Under the pieces are notes generated by a model. The model was not told the DNA's origin. It worked only from the letters and a program-made list of their open reading frames with translations, and did not search any database. A stretch of DNA of 64,000 nucleotides, taken from Eledone cirrhosa. Its lineage: Eukaryota. The translations under genes were made by a program, and so were the position numbers. The stretch is taken from NCBI GenBank assembly GCA_964016885.1, contig OZ024743.1, forward strand, positions 97,030,001 to 97,094,000, in the 5' to 3' direction. Positions 29,411 to 42,698 of this stretch are shown here, piece after piece. How positions within the stretch are numbered: the first letter of the stretch is position 1; each line of letters starts with the position of its first letter.

Positions 29411-30080
29411 TATGTATGTATATATATATATAAAAAAACATGAGAAGAAAGAATACTGCGTGGTTGCACATGGGTTACATATGATAAAAATAGTCCTTCG
29501 TCAGTGATTTTCGAACCTTCATTGGTATTTCATCGCTTAAAAAATCATATACCCCCGGTTGGTGCGAGCAATAGCTAAATAAAGCTATTGGGACAAGTAA
29601 ATCGCGTAAAGCGAGCGAGACAAGTAAACAACAGGGAAGGAAAGCAACGCAAAGATAGGAAAAATCAAGCAGCATGGAAATCGGGTCAGCTTAAGCTGGG
29701 TGGATTTCATGAGCGAGAAAGATATACAGACCGTCCGACGTGAGTGAGATGTGAGCAAGAAGAGAACCCACTACAGGCCAAACGGGAGGAAGTGAGAAGG
29801 GGAGAAACAGAGAGTTAGTGAGTGGAAGTGCGAGGAAGAGGCCAGTCGAGAGAAAGTGTAACTGACAGAGGGGGCTAAAGAAGGTGAGAGAAACAGAGAG
29901 AGCGGGGAAGCAGTAAGAGAGAAACAGACAAACGCAGCTGAGGCAAATATATATAAAAAAAATATGAGAAGAAAGAATACTGCGTGGTTGCACATGGGTT
30001 ACATATGATAAAAATAGTCCTTCGTCAGTGATTTTCCAACCTTCATTGGTATTATATATATATATATATGTATATATATA

Positions 30081-30378
30081 ATGGTAGAACACTGGAAGGT
30101 AATATCCGTAGTGGTAGAGCACTCAGGCACGGGACGAGTTAGGTAGAAGTGGTTACACAACAGTTAGTTCCCGATACCGGGAACAATTGTTTCACCTTAG
30201 GGGATCCTCAGCTCGTAATGGTTCACATTACTTCACACAGGCAATCGTTTCTGTGCATGCGCGTTCGTACGGTTGTCCTTCCTGTTCCATATAACCATGT
30301 CCATTACGAGCTGAGGATCTGCTAAGGTTAAACAATTGTTCTCGGTATGGTGAACTAACTGTTGCGTAACCACTTCTA
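30081..30378 (-). mobile_element. PLE-like fold-back with HHR in both arms
   Basis: 30144-30221 is inverted at 30301-30378. The arms read GAG CTGAGGA TCC..GGT GAAA CAATTG TT C(T/C)CGG. A fragment also occurs at 9741-9777. Confidence 0.65.
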
Positions 30379-30600
30379 TATATATATACATATATATATT
30401 ATTAAGGATACTATTTATGGTTATGTATATAATAAAACCTTATATAGTTATATATATTTTAAACCCTAAATAGTGTAAGACAGTAATTCATTACTATCTT
30501 ATTACCAGTAAGATAAATAGCTCAATGTAATAACATCAGTTGTTTTACAAAGCAGTTATATAGAAATTACATGAATCAAAGTTCAGTTTAAATCATTTAT

Positions 30601-30649
30601 TTGCTTACAATTGTTTCCTCCAAACCGAGGTTTGGATTCTTCGGAGCAA
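30601..30649 (-). ncRNA. type I hammerhead ribozyme (CCGAAGA core variant)
   Basis: TTGCT CCGAAGA ATCCAAACC-TC-GGTTTGGAG GAAA CAATTG TA AGCAA, then ATAAA. Stem I is a perfect 5 bp and stem II is 8 bp. Confidence 0.7.
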
Positions 30650-30685
30650 CTATTTAGTGATTTTTACATACTTGACCTCCTTTTC

Positions 30686-30739
<54 letters not shown>

Positions 30740-30742
<3 letters not shown>

Positions 30743-31317
30743 TAAAAGAAAAAGAAAATGCTGACAAATTGTTCCCAGTGAAAAATAGTTTAATTAGGAA
30801 TAAGTAAAAATTAGTAATAAGTATTGGTTAGTATACAGTTTTAGTTTTAAGTTTTTACCGGTTGCGCATTTCTAATGTTTTTCAAAAATAATTTTGAGAT
30901 AGAGCGCCCGTGATGTTTGCTCTAATCTGATCAGTTTTGGAAATTCAACCTGTTTTATGTGAAAAAAGTGGCTCCAGAGGTATTAAGATTTGGTTGGTTG
31001 TTGAATGTCACGTGAATGAGTACTATAAGTTTCGCGCCAATTCGTGTCGCAAAAATTCTTGTAGTCAAAACAATTTTGATTGGTCGGTAGAGGTTACGTG
31101 AATGTTAAAAATTGATTTTGCGCCAAATGTAGGTTTGTCGAAGAGTGTCCTTTTTCGCTTGATTGAGAAGTCACTGAAAAATAAGTCTTTTAAGACAAAT
31201 ATGTGTGTGTGTGTGTAGTAAAGAGATTCATTATTGTGATAATGGTCAGTAGGGATGTGTGTGTGAATTGCAGTCATGTTGAAAGGTCAACAGTTCAGGT
31301 GCCTATTAAGACAAATA

Positions 31318-31381
<64 letters not shown>

Positions 31382-32568
31382 GCAGAGTAATTCGTGGTAG
31401 AGGGATCGGTCAGTAGGAATGTGTCTGTACGTGTGTGGGGGGTATTTTAACATGTTGAAAGATTTTTTCAGCTCTTGTCTTATTCGGAGAAGTGTGTGTG
31501 TGTGTATATGTCTCTTTGTATGTTAGCGTACGCGTGTGTATGTGTACATGTGTGTATGTGTGTGGGTGGACCAGTATTTTTGTGATACTGGTAAAAATGG
31601 TGTACATTATTCGATATTTTCAGCAAAAACGATTCTCTCAAGAGAACATCAAAAACATTAATAATAAAAGGGGTGAAATCATAAATAGTATTGGCATAAC
31701 ACCAAGGTGTGTGTGAGTGTCCAGATTGTACGTACTGCAAGGGGAATCCATTAGGCCCTGCCGTATGGGAATACTTGTGTACAAATATGTATGTGCCCAT
31801 CAGTGTGCAATGCATGTGTGCGTATATGTATGTGTGTGTGTCGCACGTTTATATCTATAGACATCAAAAGGTATGCAAATTTGTGTTGCACCATAGAACA
31901 TGTGTGTTTACGTATGTCATTGTGTTTATATGTGGATAGAGATGTATGTAGGATGTATACTGATGTAGGTATGTATGTTGACGTGTGTATGTTGTGGGTT
32001 CGTCTTAGGGAGAAGTGTTTAGACGGGGTCCGTATTTGTTAATACAGTGAGATTCCTTGCTGGTGCGCTGGGTGTGGGTGGCATTATCTTTAAATTTGTA
32101 GAGGGGAAAGATTCTAAAGTTGGGATGATTTTGGGCGGCACAGGTATCAATGTGTTCACTCAGAGGTATTTTCATGTATTCCCGTATTTTAATTTGGGGT
32201 CTATGGAGAGTCATGCGTTGGTGGAGGCTGGTTTTGGTCTGGCCTATGTATTGTTCTCGACAACCTGAGCAAGTTAATACATATATTAGATTTTTCTGAT
32301 TTAAAATTGTGTTTTACAAATATGTATGTCCTTCTTTGAAATAGAATTCCGAACCCTCTATTAGGTTGATGCATATGCCACAGTTGGGTCTATCGCATTT
32401 TTTTACTGTGGGTTTCGTTGTTGTGGTTGGCACTATTTTGGCATGTGTTAGGATGTTTTTCATTGACTTAGATTGTCTTTTGCTCTTTATGATTTCGTGT
32501 GTTCGAAGGATTTGGTTCATTCTATGGTCCTTTTATAATACAGGGATGTTCTGGAGGATGGTGTCAAA
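30740..32568 (-). mobile_element. 5'-truncated Penelope-like element with GIY-YIG endonuclease
   Basis: 32005-32520 (-, one in-frame stop) reads [11 protein letters not shown]...NLIYVLTCSGCREQYIGQTKTSLHQRMTLHR...LSEHIDTC...KESHCINKYGPRLN. The long 3' UTR has an HHR variant near 30852-30890. Confidence 0.9.
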
Positions 32569-32580
32569 TATACACATATG

Positions 32581-32635
<55 letters not shown>

Positions 32636-32704
32636 GTATATATATATATGTATATGTATGTATATATATATATATATATGTATATGTATATATATGTATA
32701 TATT

Positions 32705-32927
32705 TTTGAAACGATCCACTTTCGTCAAATCGGACCGAGGGAACAATGTTTCCGTTGGTCTTTCCAATTGCTAATACTATCTATCGGTCGCAACTCCAGG
32801 TAGAAGGAGCAACGTGAAATAAAGTGTCTTGCTCAAGGACATAACGCATCGCCTGGTCCAGGAATCAAACTCACAACCTTACGATTGCGAATCCAATTCT
32901 CTAACCACTCAGCCACACGCCTTCACA
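32705..32927 (-). mobile_element. SINE family A, body type c
   Basis: Near copy of 27546-27768. Confidence 0.75.
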
Positions 32928-33031
32928 AATGTATATATATATATGTATATATATATATGTATATATATATGTTTATATATATATATGTATATATATATAT
33001 GTATATATATATATATGTATGTGTATATATG

Positions 33032-33118
<87 letters not shown>

Positions 33119-33440
33119 GTATATATATATATATGTATATATATATATGTATATGTATATATATATATAAACATATATATATATACATATATATATATAC
33201 ATATACATATATATATACATACATATACATATATATATATATATATATACATACATATACATATTTATATACATATATATACATATATATACATATATAT
33301 ATATACATACATATACATATATTATATACATATATATATACATATATATATACATATATATATACATATATATATATTTATATATATGTATATATATATA
33401 TGTATATATATGTATATATATATGTGTCTATATATATATA

Positions 33441-33720
33441 TAAAACCAAAGATTACTATGGTTCGTTGATTACTTAATGAATACAATATTACAATAGATT
33501 AAAAGCACTCAACTGCAAAAAATTTCCTGGAGTTTTTAATATTATTCAAAATATTAACAAATGAAGGATATTCACAAAATCAAAATATATGCTGTATTAT
33601 ATATATTTCAAAGGTACTGTGTTGTTTTTTCAGTACGTCTTCAACAGATAAAATATATGATTTGATATATGACATACCGCTACGGTCTTGATTATACAAT
33701 TCCAGTATTAGCAGTGATTT
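33441..33720 (-). mobile_element. PLE-like 3' end related to 45367-45806, with HHR-like motif at 33592-33647
   Basis: Shares taaaagcactcaac and gacataccg with the 45.4-kb element. Minus strand reads TTGAAGA CGTACTG..CAGTAC CTTT GAAA TATATA TA. Confidence 0.5.
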
Positions 33721-35011
33721 ATTTCATCAAATCTCAACGTTTATATACCATAAATAAGATGATAAACTTAAAGAAGAAAAGGACGTAGAGCAAATTAGAG
33801 ATATGAGAGAGGGTGTAAAGAAGAGGAAAGGCAAGAAAAAAAAAATACATACATAAATACATACATAAATAGATAAATGAATAAAAAATAAAAAATAAAA
33901 AATAAAAGGATGAATGAGTAAAATAAATATATAAAAAAGAAAAGAGAAATAACGACAAAAGAGGCAAGGTGTGGGGGAAAGTAAAAGGCGCAGAGGGGGG
34001 GGGGGGGGGGGGGGGGGAGAGAAAATAACGGAAACATCAAATAGAGGGGGATAGAGAAAAATACCGTCGTTTTCAAATGCTAGATCGAATAGGACATCCA
34101 ATCAATTCAACTAAACAATTGAATATCTTTAGTATTTGATTATGCTTTAGCTAATTATACTTATATATTATATCAAAATTAATCAGTATAGATTATTTTC
34201 TATAGCAATCACATATATAGTTTAATTAAAAATTTGTATAATTTAATTTAACTCATTATAGATTATTTTTAATTTTAAGGTAAGATATTCTATAAATATT
34301 TTGTTACAACTTTTAAAAAATTAATCTTTAAAGCGTATTTAAATAATTATTAAAATCTAATACCATACATAAGTCACCATCAATATATATAATATATTTA
34401 GATCATATATTACTCAAATTATTTAATTATATTCTCTTTATAAAATCTTCACTACTCTTTAATTTTCATTTAATTCCTAGGATTAAACTGCAGTTACATT
34501 TATTCACAAAAGTTAATTTCATTAATTTACTGAAAGGTTATATTTACTTCTGTATTTACTTATTTATATAGTTTCATTTTAATGATAGTCTGTATATTAT
34601 TAGTCTATATATTTCAAAACTAATATAATTCAACAAGCTAGACAAAAAGAAAGTAAATTTTACGGACAATGTAAACAAAAGGAAGATAACTCATTCACCA
34701 TATACAAACATTATAACATATCTCTACTCTCACATTCAGCGATATTTTGAAAAGCATAAATCATCTATTGCAAATATCATAAAAGATGTCTAGTTAGATA
34801 TTGAACTGACCTAATCAAAACATAGGATAATGGGGAAACTCGACGTATGAGACGTATATACATATATACGTCTCATTCTACATTTCCTCTTCCATGTCTC
34901 TCATTACCACCTGATTCTGTTACCCCGAGGTTTACACATCTGCATTGTTGAGGCTTCCAAAACGACAAAATTTTATTATTCCACAGTGCTTCAAGCAAAC
35001 TTCAACACTCT

Positions 35012-35105
<94 letters not shown>

Positions 35106-35336
35106 TGTATGTATGTATGTATGTATGTATGTATGTATGTATGTATGTATGTATGTATGTATGTATGTATGTATATATATATATTGTTAAATAATAAATA
35201 AATCAACTAATACCTTAACACTTCACACAAAGTAAAACATTTCGTTTTAATCATTTTCTAACCCAGAAAAAAGAGAGAGAGACAAAAAAAGAAAAAAAAA
35301 AATGTTTCTACCTCATAATCGTCTTTTTCTCCTTGT

Positions 35337-35417
<81 letters not shown>

Positions 35418-35446
35418 CATATATATGCATGTATATATATATATAT

Positions 35447-37690
35447 ACAATCTCAAAACAAGCCCCCTGCAACAGTCAAAACCAGCCACCACACTAGCTT
35501 CCACATTTTTACTCAATACACAAGGTATCAGCCCATCCATCAATGCACAGAAATGGAAGATTCAATTCATTGAGGATTGGGTTGGTAACCATCCATTTCA
35601 CATCCCCTTCTTCATTCTTACTAAGACCCACCTTGACAACTCCCACTTGGAGGCCGAAGTAAGAGTGAGAAATTTCACAACTATCCGTGCGGATCGTGTT
35701 GGCAGAAGGATCGTGTTGGGACTGCCATTTTCCTGCATGACTCCTTTACAGCAGATGGTAACACAACATTCTCCAATGGCTACTGTGAATCAGTCACTGT
35801 GCACAACAAAGCCAATGACCTGACATTAGTTGGGCTTTTAGGCGGGTTTGAAACCAGGCACTCCAACCTCAACCACTGACAAAGAAGCTGTCGAGTCACT
35901 TCTTGACTTCATGAATGAGTTTTTCTTGTCACAACTTGTCCTTGCACCAACGAGGCATCAGAAGAACATTCTAGATCTAGTGTTTAGTAACCAGACTAAC
36001 ACTATACATAATATTACAGTGGAAAAAACTCTTCTCTGGTTCTTTGTAACCTGAGATTCAACAAGCCGAAAGCTAATCCTAGGGACCTCTTTCCAGCCCA
36101 TCCATTTGATAACATGGATCTCTACAATGCCAACTGGGATGCAATTATGAATGAACTATATCACATGTTGACTGGTCTTTTACACACGCACACACTTCCA
36201 CCAACATCAAAACATCTTGGCAGATCTTTGTAGACACTGTCACAAATATATGTACAAAACACACTCCACCAAAACCTGTGAACAAAACTAACTGCAGTAT
36301 CCCCCAAAACAGAAAAACAATTATCGGAAAAATAAAAAGAACAAACAAAAAAATTAACACACTAAAATACTGCCAACAGCAACACACACATTCAATGGCT
36401 ATCACCCTGCTTGAATAAAAAAAAATATAACCTCCAACAATGCATGAAGACTATAATCAATAACCAAAGAACAGCTGAAGAGAGGTGGGCCATTGAGAAA
36501 ATCAAACTCAACCCCAAAGTGTTCTTTTCATTTGCTAAAAAACACAAGGTCACTGTCTCCACTGTTGGCCCCCTAGTTGATGAAAATCGCATTCTCCAAG
36601 ACATTGCCAAAACCATGGGTGAGATACTGCAGAAACAATACTGCTCTGTTTTCAGCAATCCTGATTTGGCCGATCTGGGCTGTATCAGTGATGTTAATCC
36701 CCAACACACTATATCGGACATAACGTTTGGCGCCCCTGATGTCTTAGCGGCAATAAACGAAATTAAACAATTCAGCAGTAGGCCCCGACAAGTGCCCTGC
36801 TTGTGTCCTGAAGGTGTGTTGACACCGACTTGCATCTCCTCTTGCTAATCTGTGGAGGAACACACTGGATACTGGCTATATTCCTGAAAACTTTCTGTTC
36901 CAGTCCGTTGTCCCAGTCTTCAAAAAGGGAAATAAGTCCCTTGCAGTGAACTAACGTCCGATCTCACTCACCTCTCATATTATCAAGGTATTTGAGAGGG
37001 TGGTGAGATCACGAATAAACCACTTTCTTGAAAGTAGTGGCCTGCTAAACTCCAACCTACATGGGTTCCGTAATGGAAGGGACTGCCTAACGAAGCTCCT
37101 GCATCATTTTGACGATGCTTTGAGAGCCTTGGGAGAGGGCTCCAACACCGATGTCATCTACATTGATTTCAGCAAGGCCTTTGACAGGGTACATCATAAG
37201 ATTCTACTGAAAAAACTATCCAATATTGGTGTCTCTGGAAAGTTACTACAGTGGATCAAATGTTTCCTGACAGACAGAACCCAACATGTAGTCGAAGGAG
37301 TAAAATCAAGCCCTGCCAAAGTCAGTAGTGGCGTCCCACAAGGCACTGTGTTGGGCCCACTTCTTTTCATCATCTACGTTAATGACATTACTGACATCAT
37401 CAAGCACAACAACATAGGAATCTTCGCAGATGATTCCAAGCTCCAAAGGGTCATCAATGAGGTGGGTGACCGGACTTGCCTTCAGTCAGACCTACTGGCT
37501 GTTATCCAATGGGCAGAAACGAATAATATGCTGTTGAATGAGGATAAGTTTGAATTAATCCACTTTGGAAAAAAGGATGCCATGAAACTACCATACTCTC
37601 TTCCTTCAGGTGAAACTCTAGTGGCATCCAACAACATCAGAGACCTGGGAGTATTTGTGGACAACAACATAAGCTGGGCCACTCATATAG
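35447..37690 (+). mobile_element. CR1-group LINE ORF2 remnant (APE endonuclease and RT), frameshifted and truncated
   Basis: LLNTQG...LTKTHL...IRADR; PTRHQKNILDLVFSN; IKLNPKVFFSFAK; YIDFSKAFDRVHH; SGVPQGTVLGPLLFIIYVNDI; FADDSKL; RDLGVFVD. Confidence 0.9.
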
Positions 37691-37751
37691 TTTGTCGTAT
37701 TCCAAATTTTTTTAATATATAAAATATTTATTTTATAATATTCATGTTCTT

Positions 37752-37795
<44 letters not shown>

Positions 37796-37802
<7 letters not shown>

Positions 37803-40800
37803 GAAACACACAGATACATGCGGACACACACATATATACATGAATGCATCCGCACCCAACTGTGAGTTAAGGGTGCCAACTTCACCGATGTTGCTCAATG
37901 AATGACTGGGACAGACTAATTCAGTTTGAACCAGACTGAACCAGTATCAGAGTTAAAAATACATTATGAAGAGAGAAGAAACATTTAGATATAATTAGTA
38001 ATAAAATGTATCATACCTAAACTGTTCCTAAATTCCTCGACTACGTAGTTTCGTGGCATAAACAAAAACAATATATCAAAGATATAGAGTCCCTGCGAGG
38101 TCTGCCGACTTATCAAGAGGATACCTCATTTTACTAGTCTCAAGAACGCGTCTACACGACGTGAGAAAGAATCCCAAAAGGCGGAGGGGGAGATAGTCAC
38201 GCGATATAACGGTCGAGAAACAGAGCTAAGCCTCTTATAACCACGAAGAAAATACCACGGAGGCGGAGGGGGTATTCATATCGAGGCCGTAGAAGAGGTA
38301 GTGAAGAAGGCGAGAAGTATGAGTAATGGAAGCTTTCCAGTTGTCCCCACACTTCAAAGATTGCTCGACCAGAGGGAGTTATTAATATATTTAGAAACAC
38401 ACAGATACATGCGGACACACACATATATACATGAATGCATCCGCACCCAACTGTGAGTTAAGGGTGCCAACTTCACCGATGTTGCTCAATGAATGACTGG
38501 GACAGACTAATTCAGTTTGAACCAGACTGAACCAGTATCAGAGTTAAAAATACATTATGAAGAGAGAAGAAACATTTAGATATAATTAGTAATAAAATGT
38601 ATCATACCTAAACTGTTCCTAAATTCCTCGACTACGTAGTTTCGTGGCATAAACAAAAACAATATATCAAAGATATAGAGTCCCTGCGAGGTCTGCCGAC
38701 TTATCAAGAGGATACCTCATTTTACTAGTCTCAAGAACGCGTCTACACGACGTGAGAAAGAATCCCAAAAGGCGGAGGGGGAGATAGTCACGCGATATAA
38801 CGGTCGAGAAACAGAGCTAAGCCTCTTATAACCACGAAGGAAATACCACGGAGGCGGAGGGGGTATTCATATCGAGGCCGTAGAAGAGGTAGTGAAGAAG
38901 GCGAGAAGTATGAGTAATGGAAGCTTTCCAGTTGTCCCCACACTTCAAAGATTGCTCGACCAGAGGGAGTTATTAATATATTTAGAAACACACAGATACA
39001 TGCGGACACACACATATATACATGAATGCATCCGCACCCAACTGTGAGTTAAGGGTGCCAACTTCACCGATGTTGCTCAATGAATGACTGGGACAGACTA
39101 ATTCAGTTTGAACCAGACTGAACCAGTATCAGAGTTAAAAATACATTATGAAGAGAGAAGAAACATTTAGATATAATTAGTAATAAAATGTATCATACCT
39201 AAACTGTTCCTAAATTCCTCGACTACGTAGTTTCGTGGCATAAACAAAAACAATATATCAAAGATATAGAGTCCCTGCGAGGTCTGCCGACTTATCAAGA
39301 GGATACCTCATTTTACTAGTCTCAAGAACGCGTCTACACGACGTGAGAAAGAATCCCAAAAGGCGGAGGGGGAGATAGTCACGCGATATAACGGTCGAGA
39401 AACAGAGCTAAGCCTCTTATAACCACGAAGAAAATACCACGGAGGCGGAGGGGGTATTCATATCGAGGCCGTAGAAGAGGTAGTGAAGAAGGCGAGAAGT
39501 ATGAGTAATGGAAGCTTTCCAGTTGTCCCCACACTTCAAAGATTGCTCGACCAGAGGGAGTTATTAATATATTTAGAAACACACAGATACATGCGGACAC
39601 ACACATATATACATGAATGCATCCGCACCCAACTGTGAGTTAAGGGTGCCAACTTCACCGATGTTGCTCAATGAATGACTGGGACAGACTAATTCAGTTT
39701 GAACCAGACTGAACCAGTATCAGAGTTAAAAATACATTATGAAGAGAGAAGAAACATTTAGATATAATTAGTAATAAAATGTATCATACCTAAACTGTTC
39801 CTAAATTCCTCGACTACGTAGTTTCGTGGCATAAACAAAAACAATATATCAAAGATATAGAGTCCCTGCGAGGTCTGCCGACTTATCAAGAGGATACCTC
39901 ATTTTACTAGTCTCAAGAACGCGTCTACACGACGTGAGAAAGAATCCCAAAAGGCGGAGGGGGAGATAGTCACGCGATATAACGGTCGAGAAACAGAGCT
40001 AAGCCTCTTATAACCACGAAGAAAATACCACGGAGGCGGAGGGGGTATTCATATCGAGGCCGTAGAAGAGGTAGTGAAGAAGGCGAGAAGTATGAGTAAT
40101 GGAAGCTTTCCAGTTGTCCCCACACTTCAAAGATTAGGAACAGTTTAGGTATGATACATTTAGGAACAGTTTAGGTATGATACATTTTATTACTAATTAT
40201 ATCTAAATGTTTCTTCTCTCTTCATAATGTATTTTTAACTCTGATACTGGTTCAGTCTGGTTCAAACTGAATTAGTCTGTCCCAGTCATTCATTGAGCAA
40301 CATCGGTGAAGTTGGCACCCTTAACTCACAGTTGGGTGCGGATGCATTCATGTATATATGTGTGTGTCCGCATGTATCTGTGTGTTTCTAAATATATTAA
40401 TAACTCCCTCTGGTCGAGCAATCTTTGAAGTGTGGGGACAACTGGAAAGCTTCCATTACTCATACTTCTCGCCTTCTTCACTACCTCTTCTACGGCCTCG
40501 ATATGAATACCCCCTCCGCCTCCGTGGTATTTCCTTCGTGGTTATAAGAGGCTTAGCTCTGTTTCTCGACCGTTATATCGCGTGACTATCTCCCCCTCCG
40601 CCTTTTGGGATTCTTTCTCACGTCGTGTAGACGCGTTCTTGAGACTAGTAAAATGAGGTATCCTCTTGATAAGTCGGCAGACCTCGCAGGGACTCTATAT
40701 CTTTGATATATTGTTTTTGTTTATGCCACGAAACTACGTAGTCGAGGAATTTAGGAACAGTTTAGGTATGATACATTTTATTACTAATTATATCTAAATG

Positions 40801-41412
40801 TTTCTTCTCTCTTCATAATGTATTTTTAACTCTGATACTGGTTCAGTCTGGTTCAAACTGAATTAGTCTGTCCCAGTCATTCATTGAGCAACATCGGTGA
40901 AGTTGGCACCCTTAACTCACAGTTGGGTGCGGATGCATTCATGTATATATGTGTGTGTCCGCATGTATCTGTGTGTTTCTAAATATATTAATAACTCCCT
41001 CTGGTCGAGCAATCTTTGAAGTGTGGGGACAACTGGAAAGCTTCCATTACTCATACTTCTCGCCTTCTTCACTACCTCTTCTACGGCCTCGATATGAATA
41101 CCCCCTCCGCCTCCGTGGTATTTTCTTCGTGGTTATAAGAGGCTTAGCTCTGTTTCTCGACCGTTATATCGCGTGACTATCTCCCCCTCCGCCTTTTGGG
41201 ATTCTTTCTCACGTCGTGTAGACGCGTTCTTGAGACTAGTAAAATGAGGTATCCTCTTGATAAGTCGGCAGACCTCGCAGGGACTCTATATCTTTGATAT
41301 ATTGTTTTTGTTTATGCCACGAAACTACGTAGTCGAGGAATTTAGGAACAGTTTAGGTATGATACATTTTATTACTAATTATATCTAAATGTTTCTTCTC
41401 TCTTCATAATGT
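37796..41412. repeat. 591-bp tandem array with inversion (about 4 copies minus, about 2.1 copies plus), each unit with a hammerhead ribozyme; retrozyme-like
   Basis: Period is exactly 591 (ORF-track copies at 38197/38788/39379 and 40358/40949). The inversion junction is at about 40134. Both ends run into (TA)n. Confidence 0.9.
40661..40748 (+). ncRNA. type I hammerhead ribozyme, U3-A8 variant (also 41252-41339 +; 38034-38121, 38625-38712, 39216-39303, 39807-39894 -)
   Basis: TCCTC TTGATAA GTCGGCA-(44 nt)-TGCCAC GAAA CTACGTAG TC GAGGA. Stem I is TCCTC/GAGGA, stem III is palindromic, and the GUC cleavage triplet ends at 40743. Confidence 0.75.
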
Positions 41413-41582
41413 ATATATATATATATATATATATATGAGAAAGAACGTGAATATTATAAAATAAATATTTTATATATAAAAAGCGACCGGCTGAGGTTGA
41501 AGGAACGGAATAGCGGTCGCCCTCGGGTCTCGATTTTCAGCCCCATGGATTTTACCTATTACATTCACGTATTATATTTCGA

Positions 41583-41646
41583 ATACCTGATGATATCACC
41601 GGATTCATACGGAACCCGGTCATTGAAATGATCATAGTATAATAAA
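41583..41646 (+). ncRNA. type I hammerhead ribozyme followed by AATAAA
   Basis: ATAC CTGATGA TATCACCGG...CCGGTCATT GAAA TGATCA TA GTAT AATAAA. Confidence 0.65.
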
Positions 41647-41686
41647 CCTTTCAAGGATTTACACAAATCCAGCCTCCTGTCATTTC

Positions 41687-41738
<52 letters not shown>

Positions 41739-42042
41739 TTATATATGTATATGTATGTGTGTATATGTGTGTGTGTGTGTACGTATGCATACGTATGTGT
41801 ATGTATATATGTTTGTGTAGGTATATATGTGTATGTTAGTAAGTATGTATGTGTATGTATGTGTATGTGTATATATATATATATATATATGTATATTTTA
41901 GAGTTAAATAAGGTTCATATGAATTATCTAAGAATGAGTTTTACACACATATATATATATATATATATGTGTGTTTGTATTTGGTTGTGCGTGTTTGTGA
42001 TATGTACGTATTTGTATGTGTATAATTGTATGGCTATGTATG

Positions 42043-42112
<70 letters not shown>

Positions 42113-42137
42113 TATGTACATATATATATATATATAA

Positions 42138-42659
42138 CTATCTTCATCTTACAGACCCACACTCCCCGCGGCCTGAACTCCCCACCCTTATTCCTTTAGC
42201 GTTCGACCGCCCCCCTCCCCCCACTTATCCCCCACTAATACCACTAACACACCCCTCCTTTTCACCGCCCACCCCACACTAACAATACTAACACCTCCAC
42301 TCCACCCCTCATCTGACCACCCTTCCCCAACTAACATACTAACATCCCTTCCCTCCCCTCTTCCCCCCCTCCTTATCACACGCACACACTTACACCACCC
42401 ACCCCACACGCAAATAACATCACTAACACCCCCCAACCCCACTCACACGTAACCACACACCCTCGTACACCACCAACTCTACATACCCTACCCCCACTCA
42501 CACCTGCATTCCACGCCTCCCCACCTCCCGTCTACTAACACCCACTAACACCTCCTCACCAAACTACACACTCACCAGTACACCACACTCCCTCCATAGA
42601 ACCACACACACCCTTCTCTCCCCACTCCACACTCACTCATCCCACTAACACCCCTACTA

Positions 42660-42698
<39 letters not shown>

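Noticed and set aside
34100-34800. Possible decayed RT (YIDGD-like) on the minus strand
   Set aside because: Very AT-rich with many stops and no second motif, so indistinguishable from chance.
40358-40585. 75-aa ORF repeated in each 591-bp unit
   Set aside because: It starts at GTG in a TG microsatellite, spans the unit junction and has no recognisable motif. It is conserved only because the units are near-identical.
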